Both the position numbers and the translations under genes were made by a program. A stretch of DNA of 64,000 nucleotides from Candidatus Jorgensenbacteria bacterium GW2011_GWB1_50_10 (lineage in GTDB: Bacteria > Patescibacteriota > Minisyncoccia > UBA6257 > GWB1-50-10): NCBI GenBank assembly GCA_001004105.1, contig LCQK01000001.1:38928-102927 (forward strand), given 5' to 3'. This document shows, in pieces, positions 28,139 through 37,559 of the stretch (its first letter is position 1; each line of letters starts with the position of its first letter). A model generated the notes under the pieces. That model saw only the letters and a list, made by a program, of their open reading frames with translations. It was not told the DNA's origin and made no database searches.

Positions 28139-29047
28139 ATGAAATTGCGGAAGAATATTTCTCTTGCGGCGCTGTCCACCTTCAAAATAGGCGGGCGGGC
28201 GGAGTTTTTTTGTTCGGTTAAAAAACCGGAAGATTTATTTGAGGCAATTTGTTTCGCTAAAGCGAAGAAAATTCCTTACCGGATCATAGCTCACGGCTCG
28301 AATATTGTCTTTTCAGACGGCAAACTCAAGGGACTGCTTATAAAAATTTCTGATGGCGGAATAATAAGGAAGAAAAACCGGCTGGTTGTCGGGGCGGGCG
28401 TTTCTTTGGCCGCAGTTGTGAGATGTGCGATAAACGCGAGTCTCTCGGGACTTGAAACTTTATCCGGCATCCCCGGCACTTTGGGCGGCGCGGTGGTGGG
28501 GAACGCCGGCGCCTACGGCCACTCTATTTCCGAGGTAGTGGAGAAAGTCGAAATCCTTGACGGTAAAAAGAGAAAATGGCTAAAGAACAAGGACTGCAAG
28601 TTCGCTTATCGGGAGAGCATTTTGAAACACAAACCCTACTTTGTTTTGCAGGCGGTTTTGAAGTTTAGAAAAGGCAATTCCGCAAATCTTAAAAAAATCT
28701 CGCGGGAGATCATTAAAATCCGCGAAAAAAAATACAAACCAGGTCTTAAATGCCCGGGCAGTTTTTTCAAGAACGTTTTGGTGAAAGACGTTTCCAAAAA
28801 ATCCTTAAAAAAGATAGATAAGTCAAAGATTATTGAGGGCAAGATTCCAGCCGGGTATCTCTTGGAAGAAGTCGGTGCCAAAGGAATGCGGGTAGGCGGC
28901 ATCAGAATTGCGGATTTCCACGGCAATTTATTTGTGAACAAGGGCGGCGCCAAAGCCAAGGACGTTAAAAAACTCGCGGCCATATTAAAAAAGCGGGTTT
29001 TCAAAAAATTTGGCATCAAATTGGGAGAGGAGATAAGATATTTCTGA
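28139..29047 (+). CDS. murB: UDP-N-acetylenolpyruvoylglucosamine reductase
   Basis: STFKIGG, GIPGTLGGAVVGNAGAYG, GSFFKN; ATG after the tRNA. Confidence 0.95.
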   Translation: MKLRKNISLAALSTFKIGGRAEFFCSVKKPEDLFEAICFAKAKKIPYRIIAHGSNIVFSDGKLKGLLIKISDGGIIRKKNRLVVGAGVSLAAVVRCAINASLSGLETLSGIPGTLGGAVVGNAGAYGHSISEVVEKVEILDGKKRKWLKNKDCKFAYRESILKHKPYFVLQAVLKFRKGNSANLKKISREIIKIREKKYKPGLKCPGSFFKNVLVKDVSKKSLKKIDKSKIIEGKIPAGYLLEEVGAKGMRVGGIRIADFHGNLFVNKGGAKAKDVKKLAAILKKRVFKKFGIKLGEEIRYF

Positions 29048-29049
29048 AG

Positions 29050-29661
29050 ATGGATAAACGCGAAGCGCTCAAGGCCTTAGAGGAAGAAATGGAGAAAGAT
29101 TTATCGCTCCCGCTGCGGGAATCAAACTTGGTTTTCGGTGAAGGCAGTCCTGATTGCGAGGCAATGTTCATCGGCGAAGGACCTGGCTTTTACGAAGACA
29201 AAATGAAACGGCCTTTTGTGGGGCGGGCCGGCCAGCTTTTGGACAAATTGATATTGGGCGTCGGCTGGAAGCGCGAGGACGTTTACATCACCAACGTCGT
29301 GAAGCGCCGGCCGCCGGAGAACCGCGACCCGCTTCCCGAGGAGATTACCTCCTACGTGCCGTATCTCACGCGGCAGATTGAAATAATAAATCCCCGCGTC
29401 ATTGTGCCGCTCGGCCGCTTCGCGATGAATTATTTTCTGCCGAACGCCAAAATTTCCCGGGACCAGGGCAAACTTTTCAAACTGGGTGAGCGATTTATTT
29501 ACCCGCTTTTTCATCCGGCGGCGGCGCTGCGCGGGACGGGGACTTTAAATGCTCTGACCGAGAGTTTTATAAAATTACCTGAGGTTCTCAAGAAACTTGA
29601 TTCCATCGCCGAGGTTGTTTTAGTAGAAGAGAAAAAGGATTCGCAGAAAGGTCTGTTTTGA
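29050..29661 (+). CDS. Uracil-DNA glycosylase family 4
   Basis: GEGPG, PFVGRAG, TNVVKRRPPENRDP, FHPAA. Confidence 0.92.
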   Translation: MDKREALKALEEEMEKDLSLPLRESNLVFGEGSPDCEAMFIGEGPGFYEDKMKRPFVGRAGQLLDKLILGVGWKREDVYITNVVKRRPPENRDPLPEEITSYVPYLTRQIEIINPRVIVPLGRFAMNYFLPNAKISRDQGKLFKLGERFIYPLFHPAAALRGTGTLNALTESFIKLPEVLKKLDSIAEVVLVEEKKDSQKGLF

Positions 29662-29687
29662 TTCAACGGGTTTGCTACAATATAAAA

Positions 29688-29912
29688 TAGCTCCAGTAGT
29701 TGGGGAGCTCGTCGATAGATCGCGGTCTTCTGTCAACCGTCGCGGCTCTCTCCAAAGGAGGTGTGTCCGATGATTCGGCTGCTCTGGCGCCAGCATCGCT
29801 GCGCGAACTGAGTCAACCGACGCGAACCCGGCTCAGGCCGACCCGTCCCAGCGGGTACATCCTCCACCCTTAGCCGAACCCTCGGGTCGCAAGCTCGGGG
29901 GTTCACTATTTT
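29688..29912 (+). ncRNA. Candidate structured RNA containing a 13-codon ORF
   Basis: TGcTACAAT at 29673-29681; SD AAAGGAGGTG then ATG 29770-29811; terminator hairpin 29876-29904. Confidence 0.45.
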
Positions 29913-29953
29913 AAAAAGTGTAAGGCATTCATTTTCTCGGTTATAATAGATAT

Positions 29954-30295
29954 ATGAATTTTGCGCCGGCCTACATTTTGGAGCGGTTTTTCTACCGGCT
30001 TTATCGTTTTTTGTACCACTGGTACGTCAAAAGTGCGAAGATTTACTCGGATCTCGTCTTAAACGTCCTCGGCCGGATTGATTACTATCTAGCTTGGAAG
30101 ATAACTCTCCGGTATTTATTCCAGCCGCTTTATAAAGACTACTCTCTCTTGGGATACGTTTTGGGTTTCGGTTTCAGGATAATGCGGCTTTTGGGGGCCG
30201 GCATTTTCTACTTCTTATTTTTCGCCGTCGTTTTTCTTCTCTACCTAGTTTGGATTTTCTTCATTCCCTACGCGGTTTACAGAATTCTTACCTAA
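29954..30295 (+). CDS. Small membrane protein coupled to the Clp ATPase
   Basis: Hydrophobic 113-aa ORF abutting the next start. Confidence 0.7.
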   Translation: MNFAPAYILERFFYRLYRFLYHWYVKSAKIYSDLVLNVLGRIDYYLAWKITLRYLFQPLYKDYSLLGYVLGFGFRIMRLLGAGIFYFLFFAVVFLLYLVWIFFIPYAVYRILT

Positions 30296-32791
30296 ATGGT
30301 GTTGTTCTTCAGTGACTCAAGACTTTCTATGACTCGCGGCGGCGAGTTCCTCACCCGGCTTGCCGCTTACACCGCCTACGCGCTCACAGCCGCCTCCGCC
30401 GTTCTGCTCTTCTTTTCCGAAATCACAAAGATGAGGTGGCTCGCCGTTCTTTTAACCATTTTTCTTGTTGACCGTTTGATTCACTTGGGTCAGGCGGAGA
30501 AATCTTTAAATGAGCTGAAGAGTGAGAATGTTAATTTGGCCGAGGCGCTTACACCCGGCGCCCACAAGGTTCTAAGCCGAGCGCTGCGCAAAGCGCGAAT
30601 TGTCCGGCAGAATTTCCATCTCGTTCTTTTCAAGGAACTGCTCAGGGAACGGGACGTTCTGGAAGCGCTTACTCGCCTTGATGTTTCGCCGGACGAGGTT
30701 TTGGCAAAAGTGGAGGGCGAGCTTGAGGGCGCCAAAACCCCGGAGAGTCACGGAGAAATTCTCAAAAAAATGGAAAATATTGTTCTCGCCGCTTACGAGA
30801 ACGCTTTGCGCACCAAGGAACGGTTCATTGAGACGAGAAGCATTTTTGTTGCTTTGGGTACGGTCAAAGACGACGTCAATATCGCCAAAATTTTTGGACT
30901 TTTTGAGGTTGCGTCTCTTGATTTAGAAGAAGCAATAATTCTCAGCCGTTTTCGCCGGAAGTTTTCGCGGCTCCGCCGCCCGCCTTCGGTTTTGGGCGGT
31001 TTTGCCCACCGGCCGCGGTTTTTGCGCAAGCGCGTAATGAACCGGTCTTGGACCGCCCGGCCCACGCCTTTCCTGGACCAGTTTAGCACCGATTTGACGG
31101 ACTTGGCGCGGGCGGAAAAAATCGGCTTTTTAATCGGTCATGGAAAAGAGTTTAAGGAGATGTTGGATGTCGTTTCCCGGCCGGGCAAACCAAACGCCCT
31201 GCTTGTCGGTGAGCCGGGGGCGGGAAAATCGACGATGATTGCTCATCTTGCTTTTCGGATGGTGAAAGACGACGTGCCTCCGGTGCTTTTTGACAAGCGC
31301 TTGGTTCAGTTGGAGCTTTCGTCTCTTTTAGCCGAGGCAGCCCCCGAGGTTTTGACTGATCGCCTCCGGCGCATCACCGACGAGGTGATTCTTGCCGGCA
31401 ACATCGTCCTTTTTGTTCCCGACATCCACGACTTTTTCCGAACCGCCGAAAAACGAGCTCTGAACGTCATGGATATTCTCCTGCCGATTGTCCGGAACAA
31501 TGCCATCCCGGTTATCGGCGAGACCTATCCCCGCGAGTTCAAGGAATACATTGAGCCGCGCTCGGATTTCTTAAACCAGTTTGACACGGTGCGGGTGGAG
31601 GAGCTTGGTCTGGAAGATGCCTACCGATTTCTTGTCTACATGAGTTTGATTTTGGAGCGGGAGTTTAAGACAGTGATTACTTTGCGGGCTGTAAAGAGCG
31701 CGGTAACTCTGGCCCATCGGTACTTCCGAAACCGCCTTTTGCCGGGTTCAGCCGTTGATTTGCTAAAACACGCTCTCACGGAAGCCGCGCGGAAGGGCGA
31801 GAAAACCTTAACCGAGGAAGCAATTGTTGCGCTTGCGGAGGCGGAGAGCCGGATACCCATTCAAAAAGCGGGGGCGGCGGAAACCCAAAAACTTCTCAAT
31901 TTGGAGGAACTGATCCACCAAAAACTCATCAACCAGGAGGCGGCCGTGAAAGCCGTTTCCCGGGCGCTCCGGGAATACCGGAGCGGTCTCTCCCGAGGGG
32001 GCGGGCCGATTGCCGCCTTTCTTTTCGTGGGGCCTACTGGCGTCGGCAAAACGGAACTCGCCAAAACGCTCGCGGCCATCCAGTTCGGTTCCAAAGAAAT
32101 GATGGAGCGATTTGACATGTCCGAGTATCAGGAGAGAGCAAGCATCAGCCGTTTTATCGGCGCTCCTTCGGGCGAACGGGGCGGGACTTTGACCGATGCG
32201 GTTTTGGAAAAGCCCTACTCGCTCATACTTCTTGACGAATTCGAAAAGGCCCACCCGGATATTCTGAATTTGTTTTTGCAGGTTTTTGACGACGGCCGCT
32301 TGACCGACAGTTTGGGCCGAACCGCTGATTTTGAGAACACGATTATCATTGCGACCTCAAATGCCCACTCCGAGTTCATCAAGACAGGAGTGGAGAAAGG
32401 AAGAACGGTGGAGGAATTGAGCGAAGAATTGAAGAAAAAACTCACCGATTATTTCAAACCGGAGCTCTTAAACCGCTTCTCCGACGTCATTGTCTTCCGC
32501 AGCCTGAAAATGGCGGAGATTGAGAAAATCACCGCTTTGCAGCTAGAAAGTTTGGCGGAACAAGTGATGGAAACACAAAGCATCGCCATTCAGTTCGACG
32601 AGGCCGCCGTCTCTGAGGTTGCCCGTTTGGGTTTCAGTCCCGTATACGGCGCAAGGCCATTAAGGCAGGTGATTTCCGAGAAAATCAGAGGGCCGCTCGC
32701 GGAGAAAATCCTGAAAAAGGAAGTCGGCCGCGGCAATGAATTATTATTAAAGAAGGAGGGCGGGGAATTTATTTTTAAAGTCGTAAAGTAG
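30296..32791 (+). CDS. ClpA/B/C-family AAA+ ATPase with N-terminal TM segments
   Basis: GEPGAGKS, GPTGVGKTELAK, DMSEYQE, LDEFEKAHP, YGARPLR. Confidence 0.88.
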   Translation: MVLFFSDSRLSMTRGGEFLTRLAAYTAYALTAASAVLLFFSEITKMRWLAVLLTIFLVDRLIHLGQAEKSLNELKSENVNLAEALTPGAHKVLSRALRKARIVRQNFHLVLFKELLRERDVLEALTRLDVSPDEVLAKVEGELEGAKTPESHGEILKKMENIVLAAYENALRTKERFIETRSIFVALGTVKDDVNIAKIFGLFEVASLDLEEAIILSRFRRKFSRLRRPPSVLGGFAHRPRFLRKRVMNRSWTARPTPFLDQFSTDLTDLARAEKIGFLIGHGKEFKEMLDVVSRPGKPNALLVGEPGAGKSTMIAHLAFRMVKDDVPPVLFDKRLVQLELSSLLAEAAPEVLTDRLRRITDEVILAGNIVLFVPDIHDFFRTAEKRALNVMDILLPIVRNNAIPVIGETYPREFKEYIEPRSDFLNQFDTVRVEELGLEDAYRFLVYMSLILEREFKTVITLRAVKSAVTLAHRYFRNRLLPGSAVDLLKHALTEAARKGEKTLTEEAIVALAEAESRIPIQKAGAAETQKLLNLEELIHQKLINQEAAVKAVSRALREYRSGLSRGGGPIAAFLFVGPTGVGKTELAKTLAAIQFGSKEMMERFDMSEYQERASISRFIGAPSGERGGTLTDAVLEKPYSLILLDEFEKAHPDILNLFLQVFDDGRLTDSLGRTADFENTIIIATSNAHSEFIKTGVEKGRTVEELSEELKKKLTDYFKPELLNRFSDVIVFRSLKMAEIEKITALQLESLAEQVMETQSIAIQFDEAAVSEVARLGFSPVYGARPLRQVISEKIRGPLAEKILKKEVGRGNELLLKKEGGEFIFKVVK

Positions 32792-32805
32792 GCGATATTA
32801 AATCA

Positions 32806-33438
32806 ATGGCTATCAACAAAATTATTCGCATTCTCATTTACTCGGACGTAGCCATCGTGACCGCTTTTTCTTTCTACGGGCCGATTTTCGCGATTTTCAT
32901 CGCCAATCAAATTAGAGGCGGGGGCCCCGCGCTTGCAGGTTTTGCGGTCGCGACCTATTGGGTTGTCCGGACGATTATTCAGCTTCCGATTTCGCGGTAC
33001 CTCGACCGGCATGACGGCGAAAAAGACGATTTCTGGGCTTTGGTGGGCGGTTCCTTTCTTTTCAGTATCGTCCCGCTTTTATATCTTTTTGCTTCCGAGC
33101 CCTGGCACGTCATTTTGTTCCAAGCAATCTACGGCGTGGGGGATTCTCTCGCGGTTCCCACTTATCTCTCCCTTTACGGCCGCCACGTTGATAAAACCAA
33201 GGAAGGCTCGGAATGGGGCTTGCGTTCGGTGGTGATAGGGGGAGGGGCGGCCCTCGCGGCCGCGTTCGGCGGACTTTTGGCCGCTAAATTCGGCTTCCGG
33301 ATAGTTTTTGTTCTTACCAGCATTCTTTCTTTAATTGGGTCCTCCATTCTTCTTGTTCTTCGTGGGTACATGAGCCGGCGGACGCGGGGAGGAGTGCAGG
33401 TTAAACTCGTCCCATCGACCAAAGAACACGGTCATTAA
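32806..33438 (+). CDS. Half-size MFS-like membrane protein
   Basis: About six TM helices with MFS-like patterns. Confidence 0.65.
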   Translation: MAINKIIRILIYSDVAIVTAFSFYGPIFAIFIANQIRGGGPALAGFAVATYWVVRTIIQLPISRYLDRHDGEKDDFWALVGGSFLFSIVPLLYLFASEPWHVILFQAIYGVGDSLAVPTYLSLYGRHVDKTKEGSEWGLRSVVIGGGAALAAAFGGLLAAKFGFRIVFVLTSILSLIGSSILLVLRGYMSRRTRGGVQVKLVPSTKEHGH

Positions 33439-33446
33439 AGAATGGG

Positions 33447-35189
33447 ATGGCTTTTCATAATTTTAGAAATTACGAGATAGCGAAAATCTTGAAAGAGATA
33501 GCTGCTTTTTTGGAAGCAGAGAAGGTTCAGTTTAAACCGCGGGCATTTGAAAAAGCAGCTTTAACCATTGAAGAAATGGAGGAGGAACTCGCCGATTTAT
33601 ACAAAAAGGGCGGTATAAAAGCGCTTGAAGAAATTCCCGGTGTCGGCAAGGGCATAGCGGAACGGATAGAAGAACTATTCACCACCGGTCGCGTTAAGGA
33701 TTATGAGCGGCTCAAGAGAAAATACCCGGTAAACGTCGGCGAACTTACGTCCCTTGAGGGAATGGGACCGAAAAGCGCCATTAAACTTTACAAAAAGCTT
33801 GGCGTGAAAAATATCGCGGGATTGGAAAAAGCGGTGCAAGCTCACAAAATCCGAACCCTCCCCGGGTTCGGCGAAAAATCGGAAGAGAAAATTTTAAAGG
33901 GCATTGAGTTTTTCAAGAAATCAGGCGGCCGGGCGCTTTTGGGGTACATCTTGCCCACGGTGCGGCTTATTGAAAGCCGTCTCAAAAAATTAAAAGAAGT
34001 GGAAGCAGTCACTGTTTGCGGCTCCATTCGCCGGATGCAGGAGACGGTGGGCGATATAGATATTTTAATCACTTCCAAGAAACCGCTGGCGGTCGCGGAT
34101 TATTTTGCAAAAATGGCCGAAGTGACGCATGTCTACGGCAAGGGGGAAACCAAAACGATGGTTCGCTTGAATCTGGGCTTGGATGCCGATTTAAGGGTGG
34201 TGCCGCCTTCTTCTTACGGCGCGGCCGTGCAATATTTCAGCGGCGACAAAAATCACAACATCGCCCTCCGGGAAATTGCAATCAAGAAGGGGTTGAAACT
34301 CAACGAATACGGTCTCTACAAGGGCAATAAGTTGATAGCCGGCGAGAAAGAAGAAGATGTTTATAAAGCACTCGGACTGAAATGGATGCCGCCCGAGCTG
34401 CGGACTAATTCCGGCGAAATAGAAACGGCCAAAAATGGAGAATTACCGGAATTAATCGGCTACGGCGATTTGCGCGGCGATTTGCAGACCCAAACCGAGT
34501 GGACTGACGGCGCTGACTCTATTGAGGAGATGGCGCGGGCGGCCTCCGCCTCGGGCCTGGAATATATCGCGATTACGGACCACACCAAGCGCTTAGCGAT
34601 GACCCACGGTTTGGATGAGAAAAGAATCGTGAAACAATGGGCGGAGATAGACAAGCTCAATTTAAAATTTAAGAAGCAAAATTTAAAATTCACTATTTTA
34701 AAAGGTAGCGAGTGCGACATCTTGAAAGACGGCAGTTTGGATTTGCCGGATAAGGTTTTGTCGCAGCTTGATGTTTGCGGCGCCTCCGTCCACTCCCACT
34801 TTAATCTAAGCCGCAAGGAGCAGACGGAAAGGCTTAAAAAAGCGATGGTAAACAAAAACGTGGATATTATTTTCCATCCCACCGGCCGGCTTATCCAGAG
34901 ACGAGACGCCTACGAAGTGGATATTGATGAGATTATCGGTTTCGCGAAGAAGACCGGCACGATTTTGGAAATAAACGCCTCGCCCGACCGGCTGGATTTG
35001 AAGGACGAGTACGTGAGAAAATGCGTCGCCTCCGGCGTCAAAATGTCCATTGACTCCGATGCTCACTCTGTTTCTCACTTCGGATTTTTAGAATACGGCA
35101 TCGCTCAAGCCCGGCGGGGGTGGGCAACTCATGATGATATAATAAATGCCTGGCCGTTAGATAAAATGTTGAAAACACTAAAGCGATGA
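33447..35189 (+). CDS. polX: DNA polymerase X with PHP domain
   Basis: GSIRR, GDIDIL, DLRV, ITDHT, DSDAH. Confidence 0.93.
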   Translation: MAFHNFRNYEIAKILKEIAAFLEAEKVQFKPRAFEKAALTIEEMEEELADLYKKGGIKALEEIPGVGKGIAERIEELFTTGRVKDYERLKRKYPVNVGELTSLEGMGPKSAIKLYKKLGVKNIAGLEKAVQAHKIRTLPGFGEKSEEKILKGIEFFKKSGGRALLGYILPTVRLIESRLKKLKEVEAVTVCGSIRRMQETVGDIDILITSKKPLAVADYFAKMAEVTHVYGKGETKTMVRLNLGLDADLRVVPPSSYGAAVQYFSGDKNHNIALREIAIKKGLKLNEYGLYKGNKLIAGEKEEDVYKALGLKWMPPELRTNSGEIETAKNGELPELIGYGDLRGDLQTQTEWTDGADSIEEMARAASASGLEYIAITDHTKRLAMTHGLDEKRIVKQWAEIDKLNLKFKKQNLKFTILKGSECDILKDGSLDLPDKVLSQLDVCGASVHSHFNLSRKEQTERLKKAMVNKNVDIIFHPTGRLIQRRDAYEVDIDEIIGFAKKTGTILEINASPDRLDLKDEYVRKCVASGVKMSIDSDAHSVSHFGFLEYGIAQARRGWATHDDIINAWPLDKMLKTLKR

Positions 35190-35647
35190 GAGAAATATCT
35201 GCTGGCATCATAATTTACAGGCGGACCAAAGATGGCCCGAAATTTTTGCTTCTGTATCACGGCGGCCGCTATTGGAATTTTCCGAAAGGGAAGATTGGGG
35301 ACAAGGAAGCAAGAGAAACGGCTTTTCGGGCGGCTCTGCGGGAAGTGAGGGAAGAAACGGGGCTTTCCGCCCGCGACTTGCGTTTTAATAATCGTTTCAA
35401 GGTTTACGATCGGTTCATTTACACCCGCGAGAAGAACAAAATTTTCAAAATCGTCGTTTATTATCTAGCGGAGACGCGCCAGGGAGAAATAAAAATTTCA
35501 GAGGAACATTCGGGGTTTGGCTGGTTTCTCTACCGCGATGCTCTCCGCATGCTCATCCACAAAAATCTCAGGGAAAATTTGAAAAAAGCCAATGAAATCG
35601 TTCAGGGAAAAAGTTTACGCCGCCGCAAGGAGAGTCCCGCGCGGTAG
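35186..35647 (+). CDS. NUDIX hydrolase (Ap4A hydrolase-like)
   Basis: WNFPKG...AALREVREETGL. Confidence 0.88.
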   Translation: MREISAGIIIYRRTKDGPKFLLLYHGGRYWNFPKGKIGDKEARETAFRAALREVREETGLSARDLRFNNRFKVYDRFIYTREKNKIFKIVVYYLAETRQGEIKISEEHSGFGWFLYRDALRMLIHKNLRENLKKANEIVQGKSLRRRKESPAR

Positions 35648-35891
35648 AGTTACGACCTATAAGGCGCTCGCGCGGGCGATAGGCGCCCCGCGCGCCGCCC
35701 GAGCGGTTGGTAACGCTTTGAATAAAAATCCGCATGCGCCAAAGGTGCCCTGCCACCGGGTAATTCTTTCTTCCGGTAAAATCGGCGGCTATGCGAGCGG
35801 AGAGCGCGCTAAAATAAAACGCCTTATTACTGAAGGCGTTTTGGTGGAAAAAAACAGAGTGGATTTAAATAAGTTTGGATTTAAGATTTAA
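35592..35891 (+). CDS. O6-alkylguanine DNA alkyltransferase domain protein
   Basis: ARAVGNAL..NP, PCHRV active-site motif. Confidence 0.88.
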   Translation: MKSFREKVYAAARRVPRGRVTTYKALARAIGAPRAARAVGNALNKNPHAPKVPCHRVILSSGKIGGYASGERAKIKRLITEGVLVEKNRVDLNKFGFKI

Positions 35892-36228
35892 CGAACTCCG
35901 CTATTTTTTTGAACGTTTCCGGTTCACGCCTTGCAATTTCGGCGAGAATCTTACGGTCCAGTTTCACGTTCTTCTTTTTAAGAGCGTTCATGAGGCTGCT
36001 GTATTTCAAACCGCTCATTCTTGCGGCGGCATTTATTTGAACGTTCCAAAGCGTCCGAAAGTCCCGCTTTTTTTCCTTGCGCCCCCTAAAAGTCCGGCGC
36101 AAGCCGTGAAGCAGCGCTTCTTTGGCGGCCCGCTCCTTTGACTTGCGGCCCCAACGGAATCCTTTAGTGTATTTCAGGAGCCGTTCTCTTTTTTTATGGG
36201 CGGTTTTTCCCCGTTTGACTCTAGGCAT
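35881..36228 (-). CDS. rplT: 50S ribosomal protein L20
   Basis: MPRVKRG, KRDFRTLW, LDRKILAEIA. Confidence 0.96.
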   Translation of the reverse strand: MPRVKRGKTAHKKRERLLKYTKGFRWGRKSKERAAKEALLHGLRRTFRGRKEKKRDFRTLWNVQINAAARMSGLKYSSLMNALKKKNVKLDRKILAEIARREPETFKKIAEFVKS

Positions 36229-36235
36229 CTAATTT

Positions 36236-36409
36236 TTAGAAATATTTGCTCAAAATTTTCTCGGAAATATTGAGTTCCCTTGATTTTCTTTTTCTTAAAA
36301 TCTGAACCTGGCTTTTATTGCTTTTAGAGTGACCCAAAGCCATGGCCCGCCGCATTATTTTGCCGCGTTTGGTTATTCTTATTCTCTGTGTAACACTTTT
36401 TTGAACCAT
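36236..36409 (-). CDS. rpmI: 50S ribosomal protein L35 (not in ORF track)
   Basis: Manual translation MVQKSVTQRIRITKRGKIMRRAMALGHSKSNKS...; between infC and rplT. Confidence 0.85.
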   Translation of the reverse strand: MVQKSVTQRIRITKRGKIMRRAMALGHSKSNKSQVQILRKRKSRELNISEKILSKYF

Positions 36410-36410
36410 G

Positions 36411-36911
36411 TTATTTTTTGGCGATTTGGGTGATGAATCCCCGGCCGCCGGGCCTTGACTCCATCGTCACTTTGTAAGGCGTCCGAATAAGTGTAAGAAA
36501 TTCGTTCAATTTTTGAAGTGCCCACTCTTTATGGCCTTTTTCCCGGCCCCGGAGAAAAATGCTGATTTCCACATTATGCCCCTCCGAGAGAAATTCTTCC
36601 GCTTTTCTGGCTTTGATCTGGAGGTCGTTTAAGGCTGCCCGAGGCGTGATTTGGACTGTTTTTAGTTCTTTCGCTTTCTCCGCCCGCCGCTGTTTCTTCT
36701 CCTCTTTTTCTTTTTGGTAGCGGAATTTGTCAAAACTCATCACTCGCGCGACCGGAGGCTTGGCGTTCGGCGCAATTTCAATCAAATCCAGTCCGCGGTC
36801 CTTGGCGAGTGTTTTGGCGTCTTCAAATTTCAAAACGCCGAGATTTTCACCTTTTTCGTCAACCACCCTCAACTCCTTGGCGGTTATTTCGTTGTTTATT
36901 CGGTAGCGGAT
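36411..36911 (-). CDS. infC: Translation initiation factor IF-3, probable ATC start
   Basis: Frame extends upstream as IRYRINNEITAKELRVVD from ATC at 36911; in-frame TAG five codons earlier. Confidence 0.88.
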   Translation of the reverse strand: MRYRINNEITAKELRVVDEKGENLGVLKFEDAKTLAKDRGLDLIEIAPNAKPPVARVMSFDKFRYQKEKEEKKQRRAEKAKELKTVQITPRAALNDLQIKARKAEEFLSEGHNVEISIFLRGREKGHKEWALQKLNEFLTLIRTPYKVTMESRPGGRGFITQIAKK

Positions 36912-36985
36912 GGAGTAAGAATACTATAAGGCGGCTGCCGAAATCAAGTCTTTACAGGTTTTGCGGTTTTGGTATGATGATGGCC

Positions 36986-37300
36986 ATGAGATTTCCCAAA
37001 AATGCCTTTATTAAATACACGAGGTACGTCCTCGGGTTTTTTGAAATGCTTTTAGGTCTCCGGCTCGTTCTGCGTCTTTTGGGGGCAAATCCCGCCGCGC
37101 CAATCGTTGACCTGTTGTACACATTAACCAATGTCGTCATCGCCCCTTTCCGCGGAATTTTTTCCGACATCTATCTCCGGGGCGGCGGCATTTTCGATTT
37201 AGTAACGATTACAGCCATGGTTGGCTATCCGATCATCGTTTATCTTATCTTTGAACTTGTTAACATTATCGCTAGAGATAGAGACGCGGAGGAGATTTAA
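36986..37300 (+). CDS. YggT family membrane protein
   Basis: LRLVLRLLGANP...APFRGIF. Confidence 0.7.
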   Translation: MRFPKNAFIKYTRYVLGFFEMLLGLRLVLRLLGANPAAPIVDLLYTLTNVVIAPFRGIFSDIYLRGGGIFDLVTITAMVGYPIIVYLIFELVNIIARDRDAEEI

Positions 37301-37349
37301 GATTGGGATGCCCCATTATGAATAACGGCCGCCGAGCCGTTTTGTTTTA

Positions 37350-37478
37350 TAAAAACAAAGAGCCCGGAGCGTTATGGACGTCCGGGACTCTGTGCAATGG
37401 GCCAATGGGCCCTGTATGAAATGGGGTATGAGGAACCCCTTCTTGTGGCTGCGTAAAGCAGCGAATATGTGGTGAACT
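37350..37478 (-). ncRNA. Candidate ~125-nt sRNA downstream of tmRNA
   Basis: TGcTACAAT (37493-37485), three short hairpins, terminal hairpin plus T-tract. Confidence 0.35.
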
Positions 37479-37519
37479 GGTTATATTGTAGCAGAAGGCG
37501 TTGAGAGTCGGCTGTGGAT

Positions 37520-37554
37520 AACAAAAAATTCACCTTGAAGGTGAATTTTTTGTT
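37520..37554 (-). terminator. tmRNA terminator
   Basis: AACAAAAAATTCACCT-TGA-AGGTGAATTTTTTGTT inverted repeat. Confidence 0.8.
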
Positions 37555-37559
37555 AGGGG

